Assembly: GCA_964236955.1 (NCBI GenBank)
Contig: CAXSGP010000044.1
Location: forward strand, 1 to 22,450
Length of the DNA: 22,450 nt
Direction of reading: 5' to 3'
DNA from: an uncultured Oligoflexus sp.
Lineage (GTDB): Bacteria; Bdellovibrionota_B; Oligoflexia; Oligoflexales; Oligoflexaceae
The notes beneath the pieces were generated by a model that saw only the letters and a list, made by a program, of their open reading frames with translations, was not told the origin of the DNA and searched no databases. Positions 9,176 to 18,078 of the stretch are shown here, one piece after another (within the stretch, counting starts at the first letter, position 1; every line of letters starts with the position of its first letter). The position numbers were made by a program, and so were the translations under genes.

Positions 9176-10270
9176 ATGGTTTCAAAATTCGTGATGATAT
9201 CGGCACTTTTAATCCTAGTCTCATGCGGAGACAAGAAGAGTTTTAGCGGCTCCACTCCTAGCGCTGGCGTAAAAGCCACCCCCAGTAATATTACAACAGG
9301 AGCGACACCGGCTGCCGATCCCCCTGTGGACGAGGATACTATAAGTGCTGATGTGAAGCAGCCTGACGTCGTCGCAAAATATGAAGAGTTCAATTTAAGT
9401 TCGAGCGTCACGACCAGCCCGATCGATATGATTTGGGTTATCGATAACTCAGGGTCGATGGAGCAGGAGGCCGCGGAGGTACGTCGAAATTTAGACAATT
9501 TTATGACTAGTATTTCGGCCCGCGTTGATCTCAAAGTTACCGTCATTTCAAACGCCGATGCAAAATTCGGTGTTACTCTCACTCCTGAAGCTCTTGCAAG
9601 TGGGCATGCCCAGATCGTTCAGACTGTTCAATCAAGAAACCTCTTGAGCCTGGCAGCGAGTGCGCTTTGTCCTGATACGGAAACGGCGGTTCCTGGCATT
9701 GGCCCGCTTGGTCTGCTCTTTAAGATCTGCAATGCTTCAGGCAGTGCCAAGCAGCTGGGCGATTTTAAAGGAGTTAATGAAATTCGGGGGCTAGCCTTAA
9801 AACGCCTGCGTCCGAATTCGGCCAAAGTGTTTGTTTTCGTGACCGATGACGACGCGGAAGGGGTAATCACTCCCGGAAACTTCCTATCCTCTATCAAAGT
9901 GGATAAAAGTGCAGCGCACGTGTACGCTTTCCGTGGTGATACCGCCGGTGATAATTGCGATATATCCAGAAAGGGCCTGGCCTATGACGCTCTCGCTCTA
10001 GCGACGGGGGGGGAAACTTTCGATATTTGTCTGGTCGACTGGAGTCCTCAGTTCGCAAAACTGACTTCCAACGTTATCGACATCGCCAACAGCAAGAATA
10101 TCTTTACACTTTCTGAATTAGGCAGCTTGACTATCAAAAAGGTGTTTCTTGATGGCAAGGAACTTCCAGCAAAAAATTATGTCATTGCCGGAAGTTCGGT
10201 CAAGATCATCGATCAGGACGCTTTGAATAAGGGGGCGCTGGTCCGTATCAACTATGAAGTCGCAATATAA
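9176..10270 (+). CDS. vWA (MIDAS) domain lipoprotein, putative adhesin
   Basis: Lipobox LVSC, Thr/Pro/Ala linker, MIDAS DMIWVIDNSGSM, VFVFVTDDD, LALATGG and several cysteines. RBS AGGAG at 9164-9168 favours ATG 9176 over GTG 9173. Confidence 0.85.
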   Translation: MVSKFVMISALLILVSCGDKKSFSGSTPSAGVKATPSNITTGATPAADPPVDEDTISADVKQPDVVAKYEEFNLSSSVTTSPIDMIWVIDNSGSMEQEAAEVRRNLDNFMTSISARVDLKVTVISNADAKFGVTLTPEALASGHAQIVQTVQSRNLLSLAASALCPDTETAVPGIGPLGLLFKICNASGSAKQLGDFKGVNEIRGLALKRLRPNSAKVFVFVTDDDAEGVITPGNFLSSIKVDKSAAHVYAFRGDTAGDNCDISRKGLAYDALALATGGETFDICLVDWSPQFAKLTSNVIDIANSKNIFTLSELGSLTIKKVFLDGKELPAKNYVIAGSSVKIIDQDALNKGALVRINYEVAI

Positions 10271-10290
10271 GCGCAGCGTTTTAAAAATTG

Positions 10291-10316
10291 AAAAAGCCAC
10301 TCACCCTGAGTGGCTT
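10291..10316 (-). terminator. Rho-independent terminator between convergent genes
   Basis: Perfect inverted repeat AAGCCACTCA-CCC-TGAGTGGCTT preceded by an A-run (U-tract on the minus strand). Confidence 0.75.
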
Positions 10317-10378
10317 CGACCTTTGGGCCCGGTCAAGGGGCCCTTGATAAAAACAGCCGAAGGGTCATGATCTGTTGA

Positions 10379-11422
10379 TTAGAGATCCGCATACCAAAGG
10401 CGTCGCGCCTGGGCCTCGAAAAAAGTTCTTTTCTTTGGGTCGGAGAGCGACCAGGCTTCGCTGGAAGTGATCGCTTTGACTAAAAAATTAAACAAAAGGA
10501 AATGCCGTCTCTCGGCCCGCTTGACTCGATGGGGAAGTATCGGATTGAAGAAACCGCTTGAGCTAAACAGCTGTTTGGGATTCTTTTTGATCCACGGCCA
10601 CGATCCCATTTCGAGACACAAGGGCAGAAAGATGTTGCCATCGTCAAGTTTCCTGTGATCGAGATAAAGGTAATCCCAAAGATCGCCATGAGTCATATAA
10701 GAATGATTCTGGGGTTCGATTTTGTAGACATGGTGGGGAAAACTTCGATCCAGGAGCTGCTTGAGGGCAAGGACATTACCGGCTTCGGGGAAGGGTTTTT
10801 TCGTCGATGCGAAGGGAAACCAGACCCTATCGATCCAGCCAAAGCCGGAATGCACGTCGAGTACCAGGCTTTGCTTGGCGCCAAAGCAATGTTTGCGAAT
10901 GAAGTTGACCAGAGTCCTGGCTTCGGCCTCCATCTCACTCTCAAGACGGCTCTTGTCCGGGCCGCGATACCACGGCAGTCGCGGTGATATCCGATGGCCA
11001 CCGACCAAAGGAAAGACCTTATTGTCAGCATCGATTGGAGCGTTACGCATAAGATCAATGCCCGATGCATTGGAGCGTCGGTTCAAATGCATACCGATTG
11101 GATTGGCAATGGGATAAAAAATGATGCGGCATTCACTCAGCGTGCTGACCAGAGTCCGATCCCACTGGAGCAGTCTTATCCACGAGCGTAGAAATCCGAG
11201 AATGATTTGTGAGCCTATTTTCTCCAGGCCATGGACCCCGCCAACGATCACAAGAACCGGCGAAGTGGCGTCAGAACTACCGAAATGAAAGCTGTTGAGT
11301 GGGAATTGCAGGCCTTTGGCCTCGACCCACCCTTCAGTTTGCATGGAACCTTTGGAGCCGAGGAGGTGAGAGCAGCGCATGAGCTCGGCCATCTCTGGAA
11401 AGTCTGCGTAGAGTTTGCTCAA
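10379..11422 (-). CDS. M14-family zinc carboxypeptidase-like protein (DUF2817-like)
   Basis: GGVHGLE (HxxE), NPIG..RRSN..GIDLMRN, LDVHSG and catalytic Glu in LCLEMG. TTG start; ATG 11393 is an alternative. Confidence 0.85.
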   Translation of the reverse strand: MSKLYADFPEMAELMRCSHLLGSKGSMQTEGWVEAKGLQFPLNSFHFGSSDATSPVLVIVGGVHGLEKIGSQIILGFLRSWIRLLQWDRTLVSTLSECRIIFYPIANPIGMHLNRRSNASGIDLMRNAPIDADNKVFPLVGGHRISPRLPWYRGPDKSRLESEMEAEARTLVNFIRKHCFGAKQSLVLDVHSGFGWIDRVWFPFASTKKPFPEAGNVLALKQLLDRSFPHHVYKIEPQNHSYMTHGDLWDYLYLDHRKLDDGNIFLPLCLEMGSWPWIKKNPKQLFSSSGFFNPILPHRVKRAERRHFLLFNFLVKAITSSEAWSLSDPKKRTFFEAQARRLWYADL

Positions 11423-11433
11423 AGTTTATTCCA

Positions 11434-12267
11434 TCAATGAGTATTCAGATATCTTTTGACGAACAGAGCGTTTAGATTTTCAAAATCGAGCACCGTGAAT
11501 AGATCGAGGCAGCCAAAATCCTGGTCGTAAGCGGGAGCGCCGTAAACCTTCGCCCCGGCTTTGACGTAGCTTAAGAGGAGCGGAGGCAGGGGCAGAGCCA
11601 CTTTAGAATTCGATCCGATGCTGGATTTAAGGAGCCCTTGAAGATCGAGGATACTATAGGCGGGGAGGGGTTTGATTCCGTAATCCTGAGAAATGGCGTC
11701 GAGCTTATCCAAAGTCTGATAGACGCTGACCAGATCGGGAAGCTTTAGGTACTGGATACTGCTGCAGCCGAAGAGATAGCGACTGCCGCTCAGCTTTATA
11801 TATTCGATCAAGCCCCGCCAGAGCAAATGCAGGAATATTCCCGAGCTGCGCTTGTCGGCACGGACACAGGCCCGACTCAATTCGAGCTTTCGGCCTGGCG
11901 ACTTGAGAAAGCTGCCCAGGGAAAATTCGCTGCGCGAATAGAAATTGCTGCTAAACTCGGAACAGATCAAACGGTAGGAAGCGTAGATCTCGGAGGTGAC
12001 GGCGTCTTTGATGATAAGGAAGTCCGCATCGCAGTCCCGATCCTCTATATCGAGCAGATCATCACCGGTTTTTCCTGCAAATTCCCTGAGAAATACCTCA
12101 GATCGGAGCTTGATCGTGTCCTCGAATTCCTGAGCGCTTTGCGCGGTCTTGATAATGTAACGCGACTGCTTCATTTCAAACGCGATCTTAGGCTGCCAAT
12201 GATCGAGATAAGTATCAAGTGCCGAAGGAAACGGGAGCTGTACAGCCAGATTCCGATCAAAGCGCAT
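11434..12267 (-). CDS. olsB: GNAT N-acyltransferase, OlsB-like (ornithine/amino-acid lipid N-acyltransferase)
   Basis: LRSEVFLREF, YASYRL, FYSRSEF, LELSRACV..R, LLWRGL..Y, RYLFGCSS, PPLLLSYVKAGA and PAYDQDFGCLD match the OlsB/Acetyltransf_5 pattern. RBS AAGGAGG. Confidence 0.75.
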   Translation of the reverse strand: MRFDRNLAVQLPFPSALDTYLDHWQPKIAFEMKQSRYIIKTAQSAQEFEDTIKLRSEVFLREFAGKTGDDLLDIEDRDCDADFLIIKDAVTSEIYASYRLICSEFSSNFYSRSEFSLGSFLKSPGRKLELSRACVRADKRSSGIFLHLLWRGLIEYIKLSGSRYLFGCSSIQYLKLPDLVSVYQTLDKLDAISQDYGIKPLPAYSILDLQGLLKSSIGSNSKVALPLPPLLLSYVKAGAKVYGAPAYDQDFGCLDLFTVLDFENLNALFVKRYLNTH

Positions 12268-12409
12268 GATAGGTGCCTCCTTGAGGATGTTGTGATTCTA
12301 TTGGAACACACGTACCCTTAAGAGCGATTAAATTCTCTGTAAAGCATTTATAAATATGATGCCCTGGGGAAACGCAGCGTTTAAGCTGCACTCCAAGGAG
12401 GTTCGCATT

Positions 12410-13273
12410 ATGATTGTCGTGCGCGTCGTGAGAAGGCTGATCGCCCTGTTTTTAATCTTTAGCGCCATGGGTTTAAGTCTTGCCCTGCTCGCTCCGGTCG
12501 CCCGCCTTTGGAACTCACGACGTTTTCATTCCGGAGCTATAGTCCAAGGGCATTTACGCATTATGTGTCGCGCAATAGGGCTCAGGATTTGGTGGCAAGG
12601 AGTGAAACCTCTCCCGCAGACCTTTTTAATGCTGGCCAATCATGCGAGTTATTTCGATGTCATTGCCCTCGGCAGTCTTTGTCCCCTCGGTTTCATGGCG
12701 AAAAGTGAAGTTTCGAGCTGGCCTGTCATAGGTTTTTTAGCCAGGCGAGGCACAGCGGTCTTCGTCGACCGGGAGTGCAGACGCTCGCGCGTGGAAGCAC
12801 TCTATCGGGCCAAGAGAATCCTTGAATCGGGCGAGAGTTCCCTTTGTATATTTCCTGAAGGCACGACGACCGCCTCGATTCGTCCGAGTCTCAATCATTG
12901 GTACGATGGCAATATTACCTTAGGGAGGGGCGGCGCCTTCGAGACCCTCTGCCTTGGCTTGCATTACGCAGACCATGAGGGCTTGGCCTGGATCGATGAT
13001 CAGCAACTCTTGCCCCATTTATTGAGAAGCTTAAAGCGTCCGCATATCGACCTCGCTATCAACGCCCAGATCTTCACCAGGCCCGAGGGAATATCGCATA
13101 GAGCGATGAGTCACCTTGCCCACAAAATGATCTGTAAGCTTGCAGATTCGGCTGCGGAACGCTCCCATTCGATGCGCGCAGTCCGAATTTCACCGGCCTC
13201 ACGCGCATCTTTTCCGACGAGCCAACCTTGGATGTTTTCAATGGAGGGCTTAGAAAAGTCCCAAAAAGACTAA
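12410..13273 (+). CDS. Lysophospholipid acyltransferase (PlsC/OlsA-like, probable lyso-ornithine lipid O-acyltransferase)
   Basis: N-terminal TM helix, NHASYFD (HX4D), FMAKSEVSSWPVIG, FVDR and IFPEGT. RBS AAGGAGG at 12395-12401 fixes the start at 12410. Divergent from the olsB-like gene. Confidence 0.85.
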   Translation: MIVVRVVRRLIALFLIFSAMGLSLALLAPVARLWNSRRFHSGAIVQGHLRIMCRAIGLRIWWQGVKPLPQTFLMLANHASYFDVIALGSLCPLGFMAKSEVSSWPVIGFLARRGTAVFVDRECRRSRVEALYRAKRILESGESSLCIFPEGTTTASIRPSLNHWYDGNITLGRGGAFETLCLGLHYADHEGLAWIDDQQLLPHLLRSLKRPHIDLAINAQIFTRPEGISHRAMSHLAHKMICKLADSAAERSHSMRAVRISPASRASFPTSQPWMFSMEGLEKSQKD

Positions 13274-13472
13274 GCCAAGGCATCATCCTGCGTCAATTTT
13301 ATAAGTGAATAGGCTGAATTTCACCGGTCTCTAGGGGTTCGCATTTCTTTTCTCTTGTCAAAGCTGCCTCTTGCAGTCCATTCTTTTGAACATGCCGACA
13401 GGATCGACCTTCCCGAAAATCGTATCTGTAAAGGACAGACGGTTGGCTGGACCTATTGGCAGGAGGAGTAGC

Positions 13473-15320
13473 ATGGAACAGCAGTACGGCGAAGAGCATA
13501 TCAAATCACTCGATTGGAAAGACCATATTCGTCTCCGTCCCGGTATGTATATCGGCAAGTTAGGCGACGGTACCCAGAGTGATGACGGTATCTATATCCT
13601 CATTAAAGAGATCATTGACAACTCGGTGGATGAGTATGTCATGGGCAAGGGCAGCCGCATCGAGATCACTGCCGACAACCTTCATTTTAAGGTTAGGGAC
13701 TATGGTCGTGGCATTCCGTTGACGAAAGTCGTTGAATGCGTTTCCCAAATCAACACCGGAGGCAAGTATGGGTCCGGTGCCTTCAAAAAATCTGTGGGGC
13801 TCAACGGAGTCGGCACCAAAGCGGTCAACGCTCTGTCCGAGCGCTTCATCATTCGCTCGTGGCGAGCCGGTGTGGGCCTCGAGGCCGAATTTAAGCAGGG
13901 CGTTATCGTCAAAGAAAAGCCCCTGAAGGCCAAGGGCACTCCGGACGGTACCGAGGTTGAATTTACGCCGGATGGAAGTATTTTCCGCGGCTATGCCTTT
14001 GACCATGAAATCGTTGAGCAAATGCTCAAGAATTACGCCTATCTCAACCCCGGCATGAAACTTCATTTCAACGACAAGGTCTATGTTTCTGAAAATGGCC
14101 TGCTCGATCTCCTGCGCGAGAAGACCGAAGCGACCGACCTTCGCTATCCCATTATCCATTTGAAGGGCGAAGACATCGAGATCGCCTTGAGCCACAGCGA
14201 GCAGTTCGGCGAGGAGCACTACTCCTTTGTCAACGGCCAGCATACCAGCATGGGCGGCACCCACCAGGCGGCCCTCCGCGAGGGCGTGGTAAAGGCGATT
14301 CGAGACTTCTTTAAAAAAGACTATGATACAGCTGATATCAGGTCGGGATTGATCGCCTCGATCGCGCTTCGAGTCGACAACCCCGTGTTTGAATCGCAGA
14401 CCAAAACCAAGTTGGGCTCGCAGACCCGAGGTGATGACGGACCCAGCCTCAAGAGTTGGATCATCGACTTCCTCAAGGAAACCCTGGACAATTATCTGCA
14501 TATGGAAAGCGAGACGGCGCAGGCCCTGCAAAAGAAGATTCTGCAGTCGGAGCGCGAGCGCAAGGAAATGCAGGGCATCCGAAAAATCGCGCAGGACCGG
14601 GCGAAGAAGGCTAACGTCTTTAACAAGAAACTTCGCGACTGCCGTGTTCATCGCCTCTCGAAAGATCCCGATGCCAACGTCACGACGCTTTTTATCACCG
14701 AGGGCGATTCTGCCAGCGGGTCTTTAACCAAAGCACGCAACGTCCGCACCCAGGCCGTCTTCAGCCTGCGCGGAAAGCCGCTCAACTGCTTCGGGATGTC
14801 TAAAAAAATCGTTTATGAAAATGAAGAATTTAACCTTCTCCAACATGCCCTGCAGATCGAAGATGGTATTGAAGGCCTTCGCTACCAGCGTATCGTCCTC
14901 GCGACTGATGCCGATGTCGACGGTTTGCATATTCGGCTGCTGTTGATGACTTTTTTCCTGCAATTCTTTCCTGAACTCGTGAAGGCCAACCATCTCTTCA
15001 TCCTCAAAACGCCGCTGTTCCGCGTCCGGGATAAACAGAAGACGGTTTACTGTTACGACGAAAAAGAAAAGCAGGCAGCCCTTAAGAAATTTGGTAAAAA
15101 GCCTGAGATTACGCGTTTTAAGGGACTTGGTGAGATCTCGCCGGATGAATTTGGGCAATTTATCGGCGATCGCATGCGCCTTGAACCGATCCGGCTTTCA
15201 AATAAATCCAGTATCCTCGAGCTTCTTACCTACTACATGGGCAAGAACACGCAGGATCGCCAGCGTTTTATTATCGATCATCTTCGCACGGAAGATCCTA
15301 TTGATTTGGAAACTCTATGA
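13473..15320 (+). CDS. parE: DNA topoisomerase IV subunit B (Bacteroidota/Chlamydiota/spirochaete-type)
   Basis: [60 protein letters not shown] and RFKGLGE. 615 aa from ATG 13473 after AGGAGG. Confidence 0.92.
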   Translation: MEQQYGEEHIKSLDWKDHIRLRPGMYIGKLGDGTQSDDGIYILIKEIIDNSVDEYVMGKGSRIEITADNLHFKVRDYGRGIPLTKVVECVSQINTGGKYGSGAFKKSVGLNGVGTKAVNALSERFIIRSWRAGVGLEAEFKQGVIVKEKPLKAKGTPDGTEVEFTPDGSIFRGYAFDHEIVEQMLKNYAYLNPGMKLHFNDKVYVSENGLLDLLREKTEATDLRYPIIHLKGEDIEIALSHSEQFGEEHYSFVNGQHTSMGGTHQAALREGVVKAIRDFFKKDYDTADIRSGLIASIALRVDNPVFESQTKTKLGSQTRGDDGPSLKSWIIDFLKETLDNYLHMESETAQALQKKILQSERERKEMQGIRKIAQDRAKKANVFNKKLRDCRVHRLSKDPDANVTTLFITEGDSASGSLTKARNVRTQAVFSLRGKPLNCFGMSKKIVYENEEFNLLQHALQIEDGIEGLRYQRIVLATDADVDGLHIRLLLMTFFLQFFPELVKANHLFILKTPLFRVRDKQKTVYCYDEKEKQAALKKFGKKPEITRFKGLGEISPDEFGQFIGDRMRLEPIRLSNKSSILELLTYYMGKNTQDRQRFIIDHLRTEDPIDLETL

Positions 15321-17782
15321 GTGAAAAAGAAAGTCCCGATAAATCCGCAGCGAGGCCCCTTCCTCATGTTGAGGATCTTTATCAGTCCTGGTTTCTCGAG
15401 TATGCTTCCTATGTCATACTCGATAGGGCGGTTCCCGATATTCGTGATGGCCTGAAGCCGGTTCAGCGCCGTATCCTCCACGCTCTTTGGGAACTCGATG
15501 ACGGGCGGCTCAACAAGGCGGCGAACGTCATCGGTCACACGATGCGCTACCATCCACATGGCGACATGGCTATCGAAGATGCCTTGGTGAAAATCGCGCA
15601 AAAAGAATATTTGATTGAGATGCAGGGCAACTGGGGGAATATCTTTACCGGCGACCGTGCCGCTGCCCCCCGTTATATCGAAGCGCGTATTTCGCCCCTT
15701 GCGAAAGAAATCGTCTTTAATGAAGAGATCACAAGCTGGCAACCTTCCTATGACGGCCGCAATAAAGAGCCGCAGTATCTGCCGGTAAAGTTTCCCCTGC
15801 TGCTGGCGCATGGCGTGGAAGGGATCGCCGTCGGCCTGGCGACCCGTATTCTGCCGCATAACTTCGTTGAGATCTGTGATGCGGCCATCGCTTATCTCAA
15901 GAACAAACCCTACGTCCTGTTTCCCGATTTCCCCACGGGAGGAGTCGGTGACTTCAGCCAGTATAAAGATGGCCAGCGCGGAGGTAAGATCCGCATCAGA
16001 GCCAAGATCGAGGCTTCGGATGCCAAGACCCTTCATATCCGTGAAATCCCTTTCGGAACAACGACGACGAGCATAATCGAATCGATACTGGCGGCGCACG
16101 ACAAGGGGAAGATCAAAGTCAAAAAAGTTGAGGACAATACCAGTCAGGACGTCGAAATACTCGTGAAGCTCCCGCCGGGAGTCTCGGTGGAGCAGACCGA
16201 AGAGGCGCTTTACGCCTTCACCGACTGCGAAGTTTCGATCTCAACTTACGCTTGTGTGATTCATCAGGAAAAGCCCTGGTTTTGCAGTGTCAGTGATCTC
16301 CTGACCTATGCCACCGACCAGACCCGGGACATCCTCGGTCAGGAATTGAGGCTGCATGCCCATCAATTACGGACCAAAATCCACAAGTCGACGCTGGAAA
16401 GCCTTTTCATTGAACACAAGATTTATAGAAAACTCGAAGGCGCGGAGTCATGGGCTGAAGCCCTCGACCGCCTTGCCAAAGCTTTTAAACCCCTCTTAAA
16501 GCTTGTGGTTGATGAAGTGACCGAAGCCGACTATGAAGCGCTTTTGGAAATCCGCTTCAAGCGACTTACCAAATATGATAACGAGCAGGCCGAAAAAGTC
16601 CTCAACGAACTTCGCGGCCAGCTCAAGGAGGTTGAAGAAAAACTTTCGGATCTCATCAAATTCACGATCAAATATTTCGAGGCCCTGAAGAAGAAATATG
16701 GGGCACGTTTCGCCCGTAAGACCGAAATCAGCGGCTTTTCGGAAGTGCGTGCGCGTGAAGTTGTATTGGCGAATCAGAAACTTTACGTCAACCGGGAGTC
16801 TGGTTTCATCGGCACGAGCTTAAAGAATGATGAGTTCGTGACCGCCTGCTCGGATCTTGATGAATTTCTGATCCTTAGACGCGATGCTCAAATCGTGTTG
16901 AGCAAGGTCAGCGAAAAGGTCTTCGTCGGCGAAGGCATAGAAAGTATTTCTATCCTACCCTCCCAGGCCAACGAAGTCGCGTTGCATGTGCTTTTTCAAG
17001 AACCCGAAAGCAAGACGATCTGGGCCAAACGCTTGAAACTCACGGGTATGCAGCGCGACAAAGCCTACGAACTGCTGAAAGGCTCCGGAAAAATACTCTA
17101 TTCAAAACTGGTCGAGGCCGACAAACCCGACTGGCTTGAGCTGGAGCGTCTGGGCGCGGCCAAGGGCTGGCTCTTTAATTTCCAGGACCTGGATTGGTCG
17201 ACACGCGCGGCGAAGGGACAGCTGCTCACGGTTCGCGATTTAAAATCCTTTAAATCTGTCGACGAGGAGGCCCATTTCCGCACCGCCCTTCATTTGTCCT
17301 TAAGCCCGGACGGCAAACATGTGCAGATCGGTGGCAAAGGCAAAAAATTGGGTTCCTATGCGCCTTCGCAGCTGCTTATTGCGCTGACCGATGATGGCTT
17401 TCTCAAGGTTTTCCCCGCAGCTGAAAAACAGACCCTCAGCAGTCCGCTGAAGGAACTCTTTCCTCTCGCATCGCAAGGGATACTTACCGTTGTCGGCCGG
17501 CATAAAGATAATATCTATGCCCGTCGGATCAAAAGCGAAGAACTTGCCGAAGGTATGGAACTCCCGCTTTTCGAAGGCCGAGAATTGAGTGGGGAGCTTT
17601 TGCTCCTCCAGGACGCAGCGCCACTGATCGAACTTCAGTTCGTCGAAAAGGGTCAGCTCACGGCTCCCCCCGAAATCCTGCCTCTGGCGGATCATGTCCC
17701 CACGCGTAGTCTAAGCGGTGCAGTCAGTCGTATTACGCGCCAGGGTGTGTCGCTTATGAAGCCTTGGGTCAGTGACAGCTAA
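15317..17782 (+). CDS. parC: DNA topoisomerase IV subunit A
   Basis: [23 protein letters not shown], catalytic [10 protein letters not shown] and PDFPTGG. No GyrA-box. ATGA overlap with parE. Confidence 0.9.
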   Translation: MSEKESPDKSAARPLPHVEDLYQSWFLEYASYVILDRAVPDIRDGLKPVQRRILHALWELDDGRLNKAANVIGHTMRYHPHGDMAIEDALVKIAQKEYLIEMQGNWGNIFTGDRAAAPRYIEARISPLAKEIVFNEEITSWQPSYDGRNKEPQYLPVKFPLLLAHGVEGIAVGLATRILPHNFVEICDAAIAYLKNKPYVLFPDFPTGGVGDFSQYKDGQRGGKIRIRAKIEASDAKTLHIREIPFGTTTTSIIESILAAHDKGKIKVKKVEDNTSQDVEILVKLPPGVSVEQTEEALYAFTDCEVSISTYACVIHQEKPWFCSVSDLLTYATDQTRDILGQELRLHAHQLRTKIHKSTLESLFIEHKIYRKLEGAESWAEALDRLAKAFKPLLKLVVDEVTEADYEALLEIRFKRLTKYDNEQAEKVLNELRGQLKEVEEKLSDLIKFTIKYFEALKKKYGARFARKTEISGFSEVRAREVVLANQKLYVNRESGFIGTSLKNDEFVTACSDLDEFLILRRDAQIVLSKVSEKVFVGEGIESISILPSQANEVALHVLFQEPESKTIWAKRLKLTGMQRDKAYELLKGSGKILYSKLVEADKPDWLELERLGAAKGWLFNFQDLDWSTRAAKGQLLTVRDLKSFKSVDEEAHFRTALHLSLSPDGKHVQIGGKGKKLGSYAPSQLLIALTDDGFLKVFPAAEKQTLSSPLKELFPLASQGILTVVGRHKDNIYARRIKSEELAEGMELPLFEGRELSGELLLLQDAAPLIELQFVEKGQLTAPPEILPLADHVPTRSLSGAVSRITRQGVSLMKPWVSDS

Positions 17783-17822
17783 GCTTATCTAAGTTCGACC
17801 CGGCTCGTGTTAAGGTACGGAC

Positions 17823-17958
17823 TATTTTCGCAGGCAGGGGTCCAGGGTATCGATTCGGCCGAGTCTCATGGGATCTAGGTGTATTTGCCCAGGGGGCGAA
17901 GGCTAGGCAATGGGCTTGGCGGGTTCTGGGCTCATCCCCGGCTCACAGGCCTGAAATA
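17823..17958 (+). ncRNA. Candidate structured RNA (long imperfect rod), family not identified
   Basis: Six nested helices found by eye: 17823-27/17954-58, 17831-35/17949-53, 17838-47/17924-33, 17858-69/17910-20, 17874-78/17903-07 and 17884-90/17894-900. Many G-U pairs favour the + strand. Confidence 0.35.
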
Positions 17959-18078
17959 TGCGCTATTCCTGCAATATTTTACCCTCTCCTTCCAAAGTGT
18001 ATGGCAGCAAAGAAAATTCAGTTGTAAAGCCCCGCCTATTTCGGAATATAGGGAATCATTATAGGATTGGGGCCTTCG

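Noticed and set aside
13560..14651. 363-aa antisense ORF within parE
   Set aside because: Codon-aligned shadow of a conserved gene with GC-biased third positions; no motifs or RBS.
15278..16099. 273-aa antisense ORF within parC
   Set aside because: Same shadow effect; fully overlaps conserved topoisomerase coding sequence.
13473..17782. Calling the pair gyrB/gyrA
   Set aside because: No GyrA-box in the CTD, and LRGKPLN plus the overall motif pattern fit the topoisomerase IV clade.
17783..18078. tRNA, tmRNA, SRP RNA or guanidine/c-di-GMP riboswitch; also the 61-aa ORF 17879-18064
   Set aside because: No T-loop/CCA end, no SRP GGAA/AGCAG motif, and no ykkC or GEMM consensus seen. The small ORF has no RBS or protein-like features.
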